Assembly: GCA_964016885.1 (NCBI GenBank)
Contig: OZ024754.1
Span: forward strand, 43,338,001-43,402,000
DNA length: 64,000 bases
Origin: Eledone cirrhosa
Taxonomy: Eukaryota
Direction: 5' to 3'
The notes beneath the pieces are model-generated. The model had not been told where the DNA came from. It ran no database searches and saw nothing but the letters and a program-made list of their open reading frames with translations. Of this stretch, positions 43,548 through 59,754 are shown one piece after another. The stretch's first letter is position 1. Every line of letters starts with the position of its first letter. The translations under genes were made by a program, and so were the position numbers.

Positions 43548-44107
43548 TCTTACATATATATTCATACATACATATATATATACACACACACGCATATATA
43601 TATATATATATTCACACACACACGCACTCACATATATATATATAAACTATATATATAATAAATGCAAATGTACCCATATTTATATTTATGTATGTATAAA
43701 TATATATATATGATATTTGTGTATATGTGTGTATGTATGTGTGTGCGGTGTGTGTATATGTGTGTGTGTGTGTGTGTCTGTGTGCGTGTATTATTGTTAA
43801 CAATAGAATACTTAAGTACCATGGAGTAAGATTGTAATTCAAGTGTATATTTTCCTTTCCCCAAATTTTACTACAATATATATTGTTGTAGTATTTGAAT
43901 AAAACCGAGAATAAACCCTCCTGGGACGGAATGGACCGAGTCTCCTGTGGATATGATTAACATAATTTAGGTGAAATATTTTTGTGTAGAAATCGTTTAA
44001 TTATTCAAGAATGATTTTAGGATTTTAAGATTTTAAAATTATCTCATTTTAAAAAACCATCATAAATTATTTAAGTTTCTATTATCAGTTCTTTATAATA
44101 ACAATAA

Positions 44108-44109
<2 letters not shown>

Positions 44110-44143
<34 letters not shown>

Positions 44144-44190
44144 TAATTATTGTGTACAGTGCTCAGGTGCACTACAACTCATCAAAGGTA
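44110..44190 (-). mobile_element. 3' end of a non-LTR retroelement with an (ATT)n tail
   Basis: Minus strand: ttgatgagttgtagtgcacctgagcactgtacacaat followed by (tat)n. Confidence 0.4.
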
Positions 44191-45033
44191 CATATATAGT
44201 ACATAGAGACATTTTTCAAACTTTATTTCTTTCTTCTTAATAAATATATGTTAAATAATATTTTTATGTCACAATTGTACATTTGTTCTTAGGGATTTTG
44301 TAATTAAAATATAATTATTTTATTTTTTTTAAATTATATATTTTATATGTATGTAATTGATTAAATAATTTTCTTACATATCAAGAAGGGTAGTGTCTTA
44401 ATAATTTAAGTTCTCTATATTTAATTTTCTTACATATTAAGAAGGGTATTATCTTAATTATTTAAATTCTCTATACTTAATTTTCTATAATTAAACACAT
44501 TTAAAACCCTAATTATACATTTTTATTTTGCAAGTATGCATTTTTAATATGCAAGATTAATAATTATATATAAGTTAGAATCTTTTAATTTTTATATCCC
44601 TGGAGATAATAGTTAAGTTAACTTGTATCTATACACTTACTTACTATATCAATATTTTGAATTTTATGTTATTTAATGGTTTTGATTAAATTAATTAAAT
44701 TAATCTCTTTGCTTCATAGTCACATTTATACGGGTCTATCATAAGTATTTTCATTGCAAATATATGAACAGTTTTCCAGATGTGATGAAATAATTATCAA
44801 ATTAAAATTTCACACATTTCATTTCCATAATAATTATTTCTATATATATTCTTAGTATATAATAATTTGCTGATAGAAGTTTATTAAATTCCCGTAAGTA
44901 ATGCTTAACCTGTTTTGTAATAGTTCGTATTTTGATTTCCACAATTAATATTTGTAACGGATTGATATTTCCTTAACAATTTTGTGTATTATAACGTCGT
45001 AATATTCATGCTTTGGCGTGAATGTTATTTTAA

Positions 45034-45231
45034 CCCTTTAGCATTTAAACCGGCCATATCCGGCCAGAATTATCTTACCTCTTTCTGTTTACACCAGCCA
45101 TAACCAACTGCTAATACGTTTGTTAAGGTATTGTTCTCAAAATAAATAATATCAAAATCTCGTAGATTTGATAGTATATGAGATAATTATATGAAATAAT
45201 GTAAATATAGAATAATGTAAATGCTAAAGAA
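45034..45231 (+). mobile_element. piggyBac-like MITE (~200 bp)
   Basis: TTAA|CCCTTTAGCATTTA...TAAATGCTAAAGAA|TTAA. Confidence 0.75.
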
Positions 45232-45495
45232 TTAAAATTAAATAAACATTTTCAATTATTATTTATATATTTGTTTAACATAATAAAGGTAACATTTCAT
45301 ATTTATTGAATAAATATCAATACTTAATAATGACTTTAGCTATAACTATCTTATTATCCTCTCCGATATTCCCGGAATTTTACTCCATAGATTTTTTAAT
45401 AAATAGGATATTATAAATTCTAAGTACTAAATGTGCTTTATTATTTGCGCTTTATTATATATATATATATATAATATTAAAATAACAACTTAATA

Positions 45496-45586
<91 letters not shown>

Positions 45587-45709
45587 TTTTAATACACCTT
45601 ATCCAGCAACTACACAGGCCGTTTCTTCTTATATATATATATATATATATATACGTAGGTCCCGGGTTGAGTATATAAAATATAATATAATATATGATAT
45701 ATATATATA

Positions 45710-45758
<49 letters not shown>

Positions 45759-45820
45759 TATATTATATTATATTATATATATATATATATATGTATTATA
45801 TATTATATTATATTATATTG

Positions 45821-45880
<60 letters not shown>

Positions 45881-46049
45881 TTATATATAATATCTGATAC
45901 TATATCTTTTTTTCTTTTATATTTAAAACATCCTGGTAGATATTATATACGATTCGAATTCACGAGTTTTCATTTTCTTTACATTTCTATTTCTCTCATC
46001 TTTTAATATCAACACAGTCGTTATTTAAAATACAGTGTTTATATAAACG

Positions 46050-46213
46050 GTAGAATTTAGGCACAAGGACAGCAATTACCCAGTGCATTACTGGTACTTT
46101 ATTTTATCGACCCCGTAAGGATGAAAGGCAAAGTCAGCCTCGGCGGGATTTGAACTCAGATCGTAAAGGGACGTAACTATGCTGGAAAGCATGGCGTCCG
46201 ACCCTCTACCGAT
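46050..46213 (-). mobile_element. SINE family 1, young copy
   Basis: Nearly identical to 14895-15070 and 50582-50760. Confidence 0.9.
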
Positions 46214-46341
46214 ATATATATAAACACTGAATATGATATGCCATGCGATAGTATTCTTTATAAAGATAAGCCAATTTAGGGATATCGCTTCCTTGATCAA
46301 GTCAGCTTCTTTCATATATATATATGAGATATATATATATA

Positions 46342-46388
<47 letters not shown>

Positions 46389-46424
46389 TATATATATATA
46401 GGTATATATATAGGTATGTATATA

Positions 46425-46558
46425 TCTATCTATCTAAGGCGGGTAAAATAACCGAGATCCATGGACGAGCTCTCTCCAGCGGTCTCTGTCCCTCATTATC
46501 GCTGCCATGTCCTGCGTCTCCAACAGACCAGTGTCTGTCCTTAGGGCATCAACATACG
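46425..46558 (-). mobile_element. RTE-clade LINE 3' end with (TAGA)n tail
   Basis: [40 protein letters not shown]; sister copy at 63690-63812. Confidence 0.75.
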
Positions 46559-46576
46559 TTAACACACACACACACA

Positions 46577-46641
<65 letters not shown>

Positions 46642-46870
46642 AGTTTTTCGAATATTAATAATAACATTCGATTCGTTTGCAATTATGCAAATAAGCCTCA
46701 TTTTTAAAGCCATGTTAGTAGAATGCCAACACAAAAGCAAGAATGAAGGGTTCATTTTAATGACATGGCTTTCAAAAATGAGGCTTTAAAAATTTGCACA
46801 CGAATCAAATGTTATTATTAATATTAAAAAAACTCAGATTATATTTATTTGCATTCAGCGATGTAGAGCG

Positions 46871-46908
<38 letters not shown>

Positions 46909-47070
46909 GAACGAAAGGGAAGGAAAAAAAAAAAAACCTTGCTCAAGCTCAATTAATATTATATATATATATATATAATATTAATTGAGCTTGAGTAAGG
47001 GTTTTTCTTTTCTTTATATATATATATATATGTATATATAAAGAAAAGAAAAACCCTTGCTCAAGCTCAA

Positions 47071-47116
<46 letters not shown>

Positions 47117-47449
47117 TTGAGCTTGAGCAAGGTTTTTTTGTTTTTTTTTTCTTCCTTTTCGTTCATTTTTGCTGAAACATATGTCAAAAGAACGATATCA
47201 TTTAACTTTCATCTTTGATGTTTGTCATATGCATGACTCTGTGTATACTTGGACAAAAGACCAGAGAATAAGGACCGACATGGCTTTAATAATGAATATA
47301 ATATAATATATATTGTGAAAAGATATATAAGGCAAAACAATGCAAAGTGGAATGAAAGATGAGGTAACGGAAAAGTAAGTTACCTGGAAATCTTTATTTT
47401 GTTTTATGTTGTTGCTATTGTTTCTTCCGTCCAAATATAATATAATATA

Positions 47450-47490
<41 letters not shown>

Positions 47491-47832
47491 TATGTATATA
47501 TATATATAAGTGAGAGTGGGTGTGCGTGTGCGTGCGCGCATGAGCTTTCTGGAGATAACGACGTTTTAAAGGTTTGTTCAAATTTTCACAGCGAGGCTTA
47601 TGAATTGTAGAGAATCTTGCGGTAAATTCACCTTAGATTAAGAAAGTATTATATATAAACACCTCCCATATGCCACAGGTGAGTATTTTCTGTATCTAAG
47701 GGCATTTTAACCAATTTTCTAAGCTACTATTTGTTACAGACATTTTCTGAGTTACAGTTTCTTATAAATACATATATAGTTTGGATCTAACTGTCGAAAC
47801 GGCCGGAGCTCAGCCGTCGGGGTCCTGAACCT

Positions 47833-47872
<40 letters not shown>

Positions 47873-48193
47873 TTGATGGAACAGTAGATTGGTGGTTACA
47901 ATGTTATAGCACAGTGTATATATTAAGAACAAAACGGAGTTTCACATTTGGGTTTTGGTTTGGGTTTTGCCTGATTAAAAACCTCACAGATTGAAGGGGC
48001 TTAGGTCTATAACACTGATATAGATCCTGAGCCAGCCATCAGCGAAACGTTCGTAACTATGGATAATCAATAAAATCACAAATCTGAAACCTCGTTTAAT
48101 TCTTAATATATATGTATGTATATATATATATATACGCACACGCACTCACACAAACACAATGCACGCACATTCGCTCTCTCTCTCTCTCTCTCT

Positions 48194-48229
<36 letters not shown>

Positions 48230-48585
48230 CGCACGCACTCACACAAACACACACACAATGCACGCACATATTCTCTCTCTCTCCCTCTTTCTCACATACA
48301 CACACGCATATATATATATATATGGTGATAGATATAAATATTTACACCTACACCAATTAAAGTCACAGGTATATATGTGTTTGTGCAACTTTTCACGATC
48401 TGGCTCAATGGAGTATATATTATCAAATAATTCTCTGGACATGCTTTACTCTATAGTAGGGTGATACATAGACAGGTAGATAAAAAGATATAAGCGTGCG
48501 TGCGTGTGTGTCGTCATATTTATATTTCTTAATCCATTTCAAAAGTCCCCATAAATTGTACATTGTGTGTGTGTGTGTGTGTGTA

Positions 48586-48735
<150 letters not shown>

Positions 48736-48737
48736 TG

Positions 48738-48856
<119 letters not shown>

Positions 48857-49255
48857 ATATATATACATATATATACATACATATATATATTGTATATGTT
48901 TGTGTGTGTTGGCATAATATCACTCCCGTATGTAATAGAAAGACTCACAAATTAAGGCGAGGCACTCAATACATGGATTAGAGGGGATAAAATTTCAATT
49001 AATAAATTAATGACTTTTACAGCATTAGTTATATTTTCTTCTTTGTCCAACCTATCTTCATGTATATATATCTATATATATCTCTCTATATATATATATA
49101 GATAGATAGATTTAGATATATAGTGTGTAGAAAGATCAGTAAGTCCGAAGAAAACTGGTGAAAGGACCAAGGTCAACACTCGATGCAAAGCAGTGTATAT
49201 ATAAGAACAAAATGGAGATGTTTTATATATATATATATAATAATTTTATAGAAGG

Positions 49256-49306
49256 AGCTTCTACAGGACTAGTACTGTTTCATTCAGATGAAATCTTCAG
49301 GAAGCT
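49256..49306 (-). ncRNA. Type I hammerhead ribozyme motif
   Basis: Inverted copy of 49355-49405. Confidence 0.8.
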
Positions 49307-49354
49307 GGGTGTCATATTAAGTTCTGATAAATACCAGAACTTAATATGATACCC

Positions 49355-49405
49355 AGCTTCCTGAAGATTTCATCTGAATGAAACAGTACTAGTCCTGTAG
49401 AAGCT
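49355..49405 (+). ncRNA. Type I hammerhead ribozyme motif
   Basis: agcttc CTGAAGA t-ttc-atct-gaa-t GAA ACAG-tactagtc-CTGT A gaagct; 6-bp helix I; palindromic ACTAGT in loop III; predicted cleavage after 49399. Confidence 0.8.
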
Positions 49406-49501
49406 CCTTCTATAAAATAAAAAAATTTTACTCTGCCATGTATTGAGTACCTTACTTACTGTGGTTATCCCCGACTCAACCCGGGACCTACGTATATATA
49501 T

Positions 49502-49533
<32 letters not shown>

Positions 49534-49578
49534 TAAAATATAAGTATTAATAAAATAGATGTTCTTTTGATCAATTAC

Positions 49579-49631
49579 ATTTTATTATACATATTTCGGA
49601 TGTACAACAGTACGTCCTCATCAGACAAAAT
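49579..49631 (-). ncRNA. Type I hammerhead ribozyme motif (family B relative; element ~49535-49860)
   Basis: attttgt CTGATGA ggacgtac-tgtt-gtacatcc GAA ATATGTAT A ataaaat; the plus-strand arm keeps only the 3' half (49687-49713). Confidence 0.8.
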
Positions 49632-49863
49632 ATAATGATGCATGACATACCCTGTGATGTTAAATGGTTAAGATTTAATCAAGGTAGTACATCCGAAATA
49701 TGTATAATGAAATGTAATTGATCAAAAGAACATCTATTTTATTAATACTTATATTTAAATATTAATAACTCCTGAAAATTATTTTACTCGTTGAGTGCTT
49801 CCAATCTACTGAAAAACTCATTCTTTGACATAATCATCGAATATTGTTTAACAACTTAATACT

Positions 49864-49969
<106 letters not shown>

Positions 49970-50046
49970 TATAATTATATATATATACTCTTTTACTCTT
50001 TTATAAATATATATGTATGTATATGCATATATAGGTTTGTATATAC

Positions 50047-50103
<57 letters not shown>

Positions 50104-50114
50104 TATATATATAT

Positions 50115-50161
<47 letters not shown>

Positions 50162-50221
50162 TATATATATATATATATATAAATATATATATATACCCAT
50201 ATATAAATATATATATATACC

Positions 50222-50267
<46 letters not shown>

Positions 50268-50428
50268 TATATATATATATATATACATCCATATGTATGT
50301 AATGTCTGACAGTCCATCAAACACACTCTGTCTACCTGTTTCCAGAAGGTATGTCCGAACACCTCTACTTACCTACTTACCTTTTCTACCTTTGAATCAA
50401 TGTGGCGCCATGTACACACACATACACA

Positions 50429-50475
<47 letters not shown>

Positions 50476-50581
50476 TAAAATAACGGTTCTTATATATTTG
50501 ATATATATTTATCCTTATCGAGCCCTCTTTGGATTTTAGTCTTCAAATTTATTATTATTACTATATATATATATCAGTATG

Positions 50582-50760
50582 GGATTGGCACTATCGGTAG
50601 AGGGTCGGACGCCATGCTTTCAAGCATAGTTACGTCCCTTTACGATCTGAGTTCAAATCCCGCCGAGGTTGACTTTGCCTTTCATCCTTACGGGGTCGAT
50701 AAAATAAAGTACCAGTAATGCACTGGGTAATTGCTGGCCTTGTGCCTAAAGTAGAAACAA
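50582..50760 (+). mobile_element. tRNA-headed SINE family 1, full length (~180 bp)
   Basis: A box TGGCACTATCGG, B box GAGTTCAAATCC; central gcctttcatccttacggggtcgataaa segment resembling Nin/Deu-type SINE domains; more than 15 copies or fragments in the window. Confidence 0.9.
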
Positions 50761-50826
50761 GTATGTATATATATATATAAAAAATATATATATTATATAT
50801 ATCAGTATGTATATATATATATATAA

Positions 50827-50911
<85 letters not shown>

Positions 50912-51025
50912 TATGTATATATATATATGAGTACGTATATATACTTATATATACATACATATACATATTTGTATACACATATATAAGTATATATATATAT
51001 ATATATATATGTGTGTATATTTATA

Positions 51026-51097
<72 letters not shown>

Positions 51098-51137
51098 CAT
51101 ATTTATACATACATATATATATATATATATGCATATT

Positions 51138-51172
<35 letters not shown>

Positions 51173-51284
51173 GCATATTTATATATATATATATATACAT
51201 ACATATATATATACATATATATACATATATATATATATACATATATATACATATATATATATATATACATATATAAACATATAT

Positions 51285-51350
<66 letters not shown>

Positions 51351-51504
51351 ATACTTGGGGAGGGTCATATTTGTGTAATAATATTGCCAGAATTGATAAC
51401 AGAACACACTCACTGTAGACAAACAAATAAACAAATAAATAAATAAATAAATAAGCAGACTAATTAAAGATGGCGTAGGCATACAATACAACGGGAGGAA
51501 ACAA

Positions 51505-51556
51505 TAGTACCACTGACGATGTTGCAGATGTGCAACGAAAGAACTTTGTTAGACTA
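51505..51556 (+). ncRNA. Decayed hammerhead motif in the spacer of inverted repeat 51364-51416/51680-51729
   Basis: tagtacca CTGACGA t-gttgca-gatg-tgcaac GAAA gaactt tgttagacta; good helix II, poor helices I and III. Confidence 0.5.
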
Positions 51557-51733
51557 TATATATGTGTTTGTGTCTATATTGTATCTGTATTTTTGACCGT
51601 TGGTCAGTCAATGGCAACATTGAGGACCGAATAAATTAAATTAACCGATATAAAAGACACAGAAGTGAAAACCAACCAAACAGTGAGTGTGTTCTGTTAT
51701 TAATTCTGGCAATATTACACAAATATGACGCCG

Positions 51734-51785
<52 letters not shown>

Positions 51786-51830
51786 ATATATATATAAATA
51801 TATATATAATTATACACACACATATATATA

Positions 51831-51931
<101 letters not shown>

Positions 51932-52111
51932 ACCCCCCACTCTCCTGAGCGTGAATTTAATAAACATTTATTGTACTGCCTCTCTGTTCTGTCCCTGTTC
52001 AATTTTTCATTATATATATATATATACATATATATACAGATTATAAATGTATATACCTCTGAATATATATACACATATATGAACATATCTATATATATCT
52101 ATATGTATATA

Positions 52112-52180
<69 letters not shown>

Positions 52181-52202
52181 ATACACACACACACTCAGAC
52201 AG

Positions 52203-52251
<49 letters not shown>

Positions 52252-52308
52252 TAAATTATAGGAAACACTAAGAAGGACTTGTTGGACAGAAGAAGTATTT
52301 ATTGTGTA

Positions 52309-52356
<48 letters not shown>

Positions 52357-52448
52357 ACGAAGGAAATGTGGTAAGGAACCAGAGGGGCCATAACGCACCA
52401 AAGTACTCAATACTTAGGGTAGTAGAGTGGCTAATAGGAACGAGTATG
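52357..52448 (-). mobile_element. Family A tail-only fragment
   Basis: Matches 6207-6298. Confidence 0.75.
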
Positions 52449-52454
52449 TGCGTG

Positions 52455-52490
<36 letters not shown>

Positions 52491-52532
52491 GTGACGAAAC
52501 ATAAGTCAATTGCATGATCTCATAATTTATTT

Positions 52533-52588
52533 ACTGCTATATATATTTCGATGATAGCCATTGAATGGCTATGACCTCATCAGGCAGT
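52533..52588 (-). ncRNA. Type I hammerhead ribozyme motif, further family
   Basis: actgc CTGATGA ggtc-atagccat-tca-atggctat-catc GAA ATATATAT A gcagt. Confidence 0.85.
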
Positions 52589-52648
52589 TAGTCAGTTCTT
52601 AGATATGCCAGCTCTGTGTTTATGGTGTTGATGGTATCAAAGCCTTGG

Positions 52649-52725
<77 letters not shown>

Positions 52726-52809
52726 GCACATACACACACATGTTTATATATTACATAGACAGCAACACACACCCAAACATATATACATATGTATCTATGT
52801 ATGTGTATA

Positions 52810-52911
<102 letters not shown>

Positions 52912-53407
52912 CTTACATACAAATATGTATACATACATATATAAAAATATATACATACACACATGCACACATACGTATATATACAATATATGTACATATG
53001 TATGAAAATATATACATGTATGTATGTATATTTTTACCTATATATGTCTATATATACCATTTTAACTTGATTAACAAATCTGATAAGCAGATTGATGGTG
53101 TCAACTGTATAACACAAATTTGAACCTTGAGCCAAACATCTACGTTACGTCCGTTATTGGTAGGTGAGCAATAATTTGTCTTGTTATATCTTGTTATACA
53201 CCCTGTCTTTACATTGTGTGTATATATCATACCACCACCAGGAACCCACAAAATTATTGAAATTATTGAATAAATGTATATATAATTATATATATCGATG
53301 TATAAAATAAAGAATGTATATAAGTTGTTAAACTGGGCTTGTTATTCAATTTGTATACATACACACATATATTTATATGTATGTATGGATGTGTATATAT
53401 GTATATG

Positions 53408-53449
<42 letters not shown>

Positions 53450-53497
53450 TATATATATATATATATATATATAAATATATATATGTATATATATTAG

Positions 53498-53528
<31 letters not shown>

Positions 53529-53543
53529 TAATATATATATATT

Positions 53544-53574
<31 letters not shown>

Positions 53575-53791
53575 TAATATATATATATTAATATATATAT
53601 ATTAATATATATATATATTAATATATATATATATATTAATATATATATATTAATATATATATATATTAATATATATATATTAATATATATATATATTAAT
53701 ATATATATATTAATATATATATATGTATATATATTAGAATATATATATTATATATTATATATATATATTGATATATATATATATTAGTGTA

Positions 53792-53849
<58 letters not shown>

Positions 53850-53891
53850 GTAGGGTAATGTTTATATATATATTTATATTTTAAGCCCGAA

Positions 53892-53977
<86 letters not shown>

Positions 53978-53979
<2 letters not shown>

Positions 53980-54157
53980 CAAAGGAATTGTGGTAAGGAA
54001 CCAGGTGGCCCATAACGCACCAGAATACTCAATACTTAGGGTAGTAGAGTGGGAAATAGGAAAAAGTATGACCCCGACGGCAGAGCTCAAGCCGTTTCGA
54101 GGGCTATTTCCGTCGAAACGGCTTGAGCTCTGCCGTCGGGGTCATACTTTTTCCTAT
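53978..54157. mobile_element. Fold-back element family A
   Basis: Homologous to 6207-6400 with a shortened hairpin centre. Confidence 0.8.
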
Positions 54158-54158
54158 A

Positions 54159-54211
<53 letters not shown>

Positions 54212-54397
54212 GTACATATAAATACATATATATGTTGTATGAGTGTGTATGTGTTTATGCCTGCGTTCATAGATCTACATATATAAACCTAATTATTGCA
54301 AGCGCTGATTGATTTATTCACGTATATAAACTGACGTGGCTAAACCTAAATGTCTTCTTCGTGTCTTGGTCGTAATGTTTCTCTATATATATATATT

Positions 54398-54481
<84 letters not shown>

Positions 54482-54527
54482 TACATATATATATATACAT
54501 ATATACTTATATATATATATATATATA

Positions 54528-54567
<40 letters not shown>

Positions 54568-54575
54568 TATGTATA

Positions 54576-54627
<52 letters not shown>

Positions 54628-54668
54628 TATGTATATATATATATATAAAAATATATGTATATATATGT

Positions 54669-54749
<81 letters not shown>

Positions 54750-54918
54750 CATGTATATGAAACAAAATACTTAATATTAATTCACTTCACAATATATACC
54801 AGACGCTGCAACTTGCTGTGGAAAGGGCAAGAGCTCAGCCGTCGGTCTAATCTAGTAGATTATTTTATTCCAAGTACCGTGTACTCTGCTAACTGGTATA
54901 ATTCTGATATATATATAT

Positions 54919-55032
<114 letters not shown>

Positions 55033-55103
55033 ATATATGTATGTGGGTGTATATATACATATGTATATATGTATATTTGTATGTGTGTGTATATACACAC
55101 ACA

Positions 55104-55185
<82 letters not shown>

Positions 55186-55203
55186 TATATATATATATAT
55201 ATA

Positions 55204-55342
55204 CCAGGTGATGCGTTATGTCCTTGAGCAAGACACTTTATATCACGTTGCTCCTTCTACCTGGAGTTGCGATCGATAGATAGTATCAGCAATTAGAAAG
55301 ACCAGCGGAAACATTGTTTCCTCGGTCCGATTTGACGAAAGT

Positions 55343-55343
<1 letters not shown>
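55204..55343 (+). mobile_element. SINE family 2 internal fragment
   Basis: Reverse complement of ~18950-19090. Confidence 0.8.
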
Positions 55344-55418
<75 letters not shown>

Positions 55419-55427
55419 TATATAAAT

Positions 55428-55458
<31 letters not shown>

Positions 55459-55682
55459 AATATATAAATATATATATATAAATATATATATATATAAATA
55501 TATATATATAAATATATATATATATAAATATATATATATATAAATATATATATATATAAATATATATATATATAAATATATATATATAAATATATATATA
55601 TATAAATATATAAATATATATATATATGTATATATATATACACAACATATAGACTATATATATATGTATACACAACATATAG

Positions 55683-55757
<75 letters not shown>

Positions 55758-55765
55758 ATATGTAC

Positions 55766-55832
<67 letters not shown>

Positions 55833-55946
55833 AATATATATATATAAATAAACATATATCTATATATATAAATAGTGGTGGAACACTGGAAGGTAATATC
55901 CGTAGTGGTAGAGCACTCAGTCCACGGGTTGACTTAGGTATATATA

Positions 55947-55987
<41 letters not shown>

Positions 55988-56027
55988 TATACACATATAT
56001 ATACACATATATATACACAACATATAG

Positions 56028-56075
<48 letters not shown>

Positions 56076-56083
56076 ACATATAG

Positions 56084-56142
<59 letters not shown>

Positions 56143-56767
56143 TATATATATACACAACATATAAATTATATATATATATATATAAATATATACATTTATA
56201 TATTTACAGGATGTGTTAACAAGTCTTAATAGAGGAAATCTGTTACGTTGTTGTTGTTGTAGTTGTTGTTGTTGTAAGGTAAAGGAAGCAGAAGGCTCGT
56301 AGGGGACTTGTATAGGTTTAGGGTCCCACGTATATATATATTTAGGGTACAGGGAGAGAGGGTCCGCAGGCGCTGTTATTTAAACATAAGTCACGGATAA
56401 CTAAAACACACACACATGCAAAGAACAAGTATTTATACGCGCGAATGGTGTCTTTCATTTAATGTGTGTGAGGGAGAGAGGGAGAGAGTGTGTGTGAGAG
56501 AGAGGGGGAGAGAGTGTGTGACGGTGTGTGTGACTGTGTGTGTGTGTGTGTGTTTGACCGTGATTGTCCCTGTGTGTGTGTGTGTGTATGTGTGTGTGTG
56601 TGTGATTGTCCCTGTGTGTGTGTGTGTGTATGTGTGTGTGTGTGTGATTGTCCCTGTGTGTGTGTGTGTGTGTGTGTGCATGGGTGTTATTGTGTGAATA
56701 CGCGCGAATGGTGTCTTTCATTTAATGCGCGCGTGTGTGTATGAGAGAGGGGGGGATGTGTGTGTGT

Positions 56768-56808
<41 letters not shown>

Positions 56809-57111
56809 TGTGCATGACTGTTTTTGTGTGTGTATGTGTGTGTGCATGACTGTTTTTGTGTGTGTGTATGAGAACGAGAGGGAGAGAAGGAGAGAGAGAG
56901 AGTGTGTGTGTGCGTATGCATGTGTGTTTGTGTGTGTGTATGAGCGAGACCGAGATAGACAGAGAGTGTGTGGCTGTGTGTGTGTATGAGCGAGAGGGAG
57001 AGAGACAGAGAGTGTGTGGCTGCCTGTGATTGTCTGTGTGTGTGTAAGTGTTTGAGTGTGCATGTGTGTTTTTGTGTGAATACGCGCCTTTAATCTAGAG
57101 ACTGTGTCTTG

Positions 57112-57142
<31 letters not shown>

Positions 57143-57509
57143 GAATTGTGTGAGTGGATGTTGATGTGTGTGTGCGTGGGTGTTGGTGCATGCATGTGTG
57201 ATTGTGTGAGTGTGTGGCAACGTGTGCATGTGTGTGAGTGTATACGTGTGAGTGTATGTTTCCTTACGTGTGTGACATTTATATCTGTTCAGCTATATGT
57301 AAAATAAACGCCATCCCTACACACACACACACACACACATACACACACATATATATATATATATATGTATACACGTAAGTTATTAATGGACGTGAGAATG
57401 AGTACTCAATAATGAAGTGGAGTTTTAATATTCTTTGTTATGGCTACATGGTGGAACTCCAGAGTAACAAAAACTCACCACTTAGCCCTAATAAACAACA
57501 CACACACGC

Positions 57510-57546
<37 letters not shown>

Positions 57547-57553
57547 AATATGC

Positions 57554-57610
<57 letters not shown>

Positions 57611-58019
57611 TATATGCGTATATATTTATGTATACTTCATACATAAATATATAGCAAAATACATATAAACACACAAACACACATCACCGGACCACATCAA
57701 TTCATTTTACACATCTTTTTTTTTTCATGTTACCAGAATTTCCATGACATTCTTTACAAAAATGGAACATTTTTAGTGACCAGGTCGTTAATAGTGCGAT
57801 GAAAATAAAATAAAAAAAAGTAAATGATAAATCTAAAATATATTGAACAGAACTTGAGTATTTTTGTATTGCTAAAATTATTTTCCCAGGATCAAAATGA
57901 TTGATCATGTTGTATCTACTGAATTCGATTTTAGGTAAAGAAGGAATATCTTATTCTATTTTTATCAAACTAAATATATTTCATATTTTAATAGTGATTG
58001 GTGTATGGTGGAAGGGGAC

Positions 58020-58430
58020 ATATTGACTCCAATATTTCACTGGTACTTTATTTTATCGAGGGCAGAATGATGAATGGAAAAGTTGATTGAGGTAGGATTT
58101 CAAACTCGAGCTTAAAAAGCCGTACCAGATACCACAAAATACCAAATTTTGTCCGACCATTTGATGATCCAGTATTATCAATAACAATAATTATTTCTAC
58201 TTTTGGTACAAGGCCAGCAATTACCCCAGTACATTACTGGTACTTTATTTTATCTACCCCGTAAGGATGAAAGATAGCGTTAACGTATCATCCTCAATAA
58301 GAACAATGGTTTCGGATTTAGGCACAAGGCCAACAATTTTGAGTCGATGGGAAAATCGATTAAATCAGCCCCAGTTCGTTACTGGTATTTTATAGTAATC
58401 GACCTCGTGAGAATGAAAGGCAAAGACAAC
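58020..58430 (-). mobile_element. Three SINE family 1 fragments
   Basis: Repeated ctggtactttattttatc..gatgaaag motifs. Confidence 0.7.
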
Positions 58431-58449
58431 ACTTGTAAGATTTGTTTCT

Positions 58450-58860
58450 TCTATCAAGTTAACGATAGGTCTGATGCCGTATGTGTTTTGTTTAAACTGT
58501 TGCAACTCAACGACTTTAGACAAAATAAGATCCTGACAAGATTGGGCTTTAAAGAGGGCTGATGGTATTTCTGGGTGTGAAGGGTTGGTTGTAGTGGTTA
58601 GTTCGTGGCGTTGGGCTTAGAGATAACACAATTGTGAAAATGGATAATGTCTTAGGTAAGAAGGTAGCTTCGAGGGTTACAAACAATATAGGCGTGTAGA
58701 GGGCTGACGTCCTGGACATGACGGACTGGGTGTAGTGGTCAAAGGCGGGCCCTAGGGTTAAGAAACGAATCAGGGATGGAGAGGAGAAGAGGAGAGCCAA
58801 ATAAGTCGGGTGTATCTGACTAGGGGTGGCTTCAACACAGCAAGATACGAGGAGCAGTGT
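58450..58860 (-). pseudogene. Possible highly decayed Penelope-like RT fragment
   Basis: Frameshifted peptides LPSYL/KDIIHF and DVS/ALYTPI resemble Penelope RT motifs but occur in non-canonical order. Confidence 0.25.
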
Positions 58861-58950
58861 GACCCAAGTAAATCTTGTGTGAGTAGAAAACAAAAAACCC
58901 GAGTGTTCCACACAAATGTGTTTATGTGTGAGTGTGTGTGTACATATATT

Positions 58951-59039
<89 letters not shown>

Positions 59040-59403
59040 ATATATCAATATGTGGATGTATGTACATATCTGTGCAGACCTGTCCAAAATCTTTACAGTT
59101 GTCCGTTTTATAATATATATATAACATATATTTATATAATACAATATATATATATATTGTATGTATATGTAATACATATAAATAATATTTATATAATAAA
59201 TGATATATATATATAATATATACACATACATATACATGTTATATATAATACACATTATATATTATATATATATGTATGTGTGTGTATTATATATATACAT
59301 ATACATGATTATATTATATAAATATGTATATATATACATATATATATGCATATTATATATATATGTATATTATATATATATAAATAAATATTATATATAA
59401 ATA

Positions 59404-59443
<40 letters not shown>

Positions 59444-59636
59444 TATATATATAATATATATATATTTATATACTATATGCATGTATATTATATAAAAATA
59501 TATATTTATATACATGTATATATACGCACACACATATATATATATACTATATGCATATTATATATATGTATATACACACACACACACACACACATATATA
59601 TATTTGTATATATATTATATATGTATATATACATAC

Positions 59637-59667
<31 letters not shown>

Positions 59668-59754
59668 CATAATATATAATATATATAAATAAATATATAT
59701 GTATATACATATATACAATGTTATACACACACACACATATATATATATATATAT

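Larger units (their letters stand above)
49243..49493. mobile_element. Fold-back element family E: 84-bp arms, 8-nt loop, tail
   Basis: 49243-49326 / 49335-49418; tail to (TA)n. Confidence 0.85.

Noticed and set aside
50582-50660. tRNA gene
   Set aside because: A and B boxes are present but there is no complete cloverleaf and it continues into a multicopy SINE body
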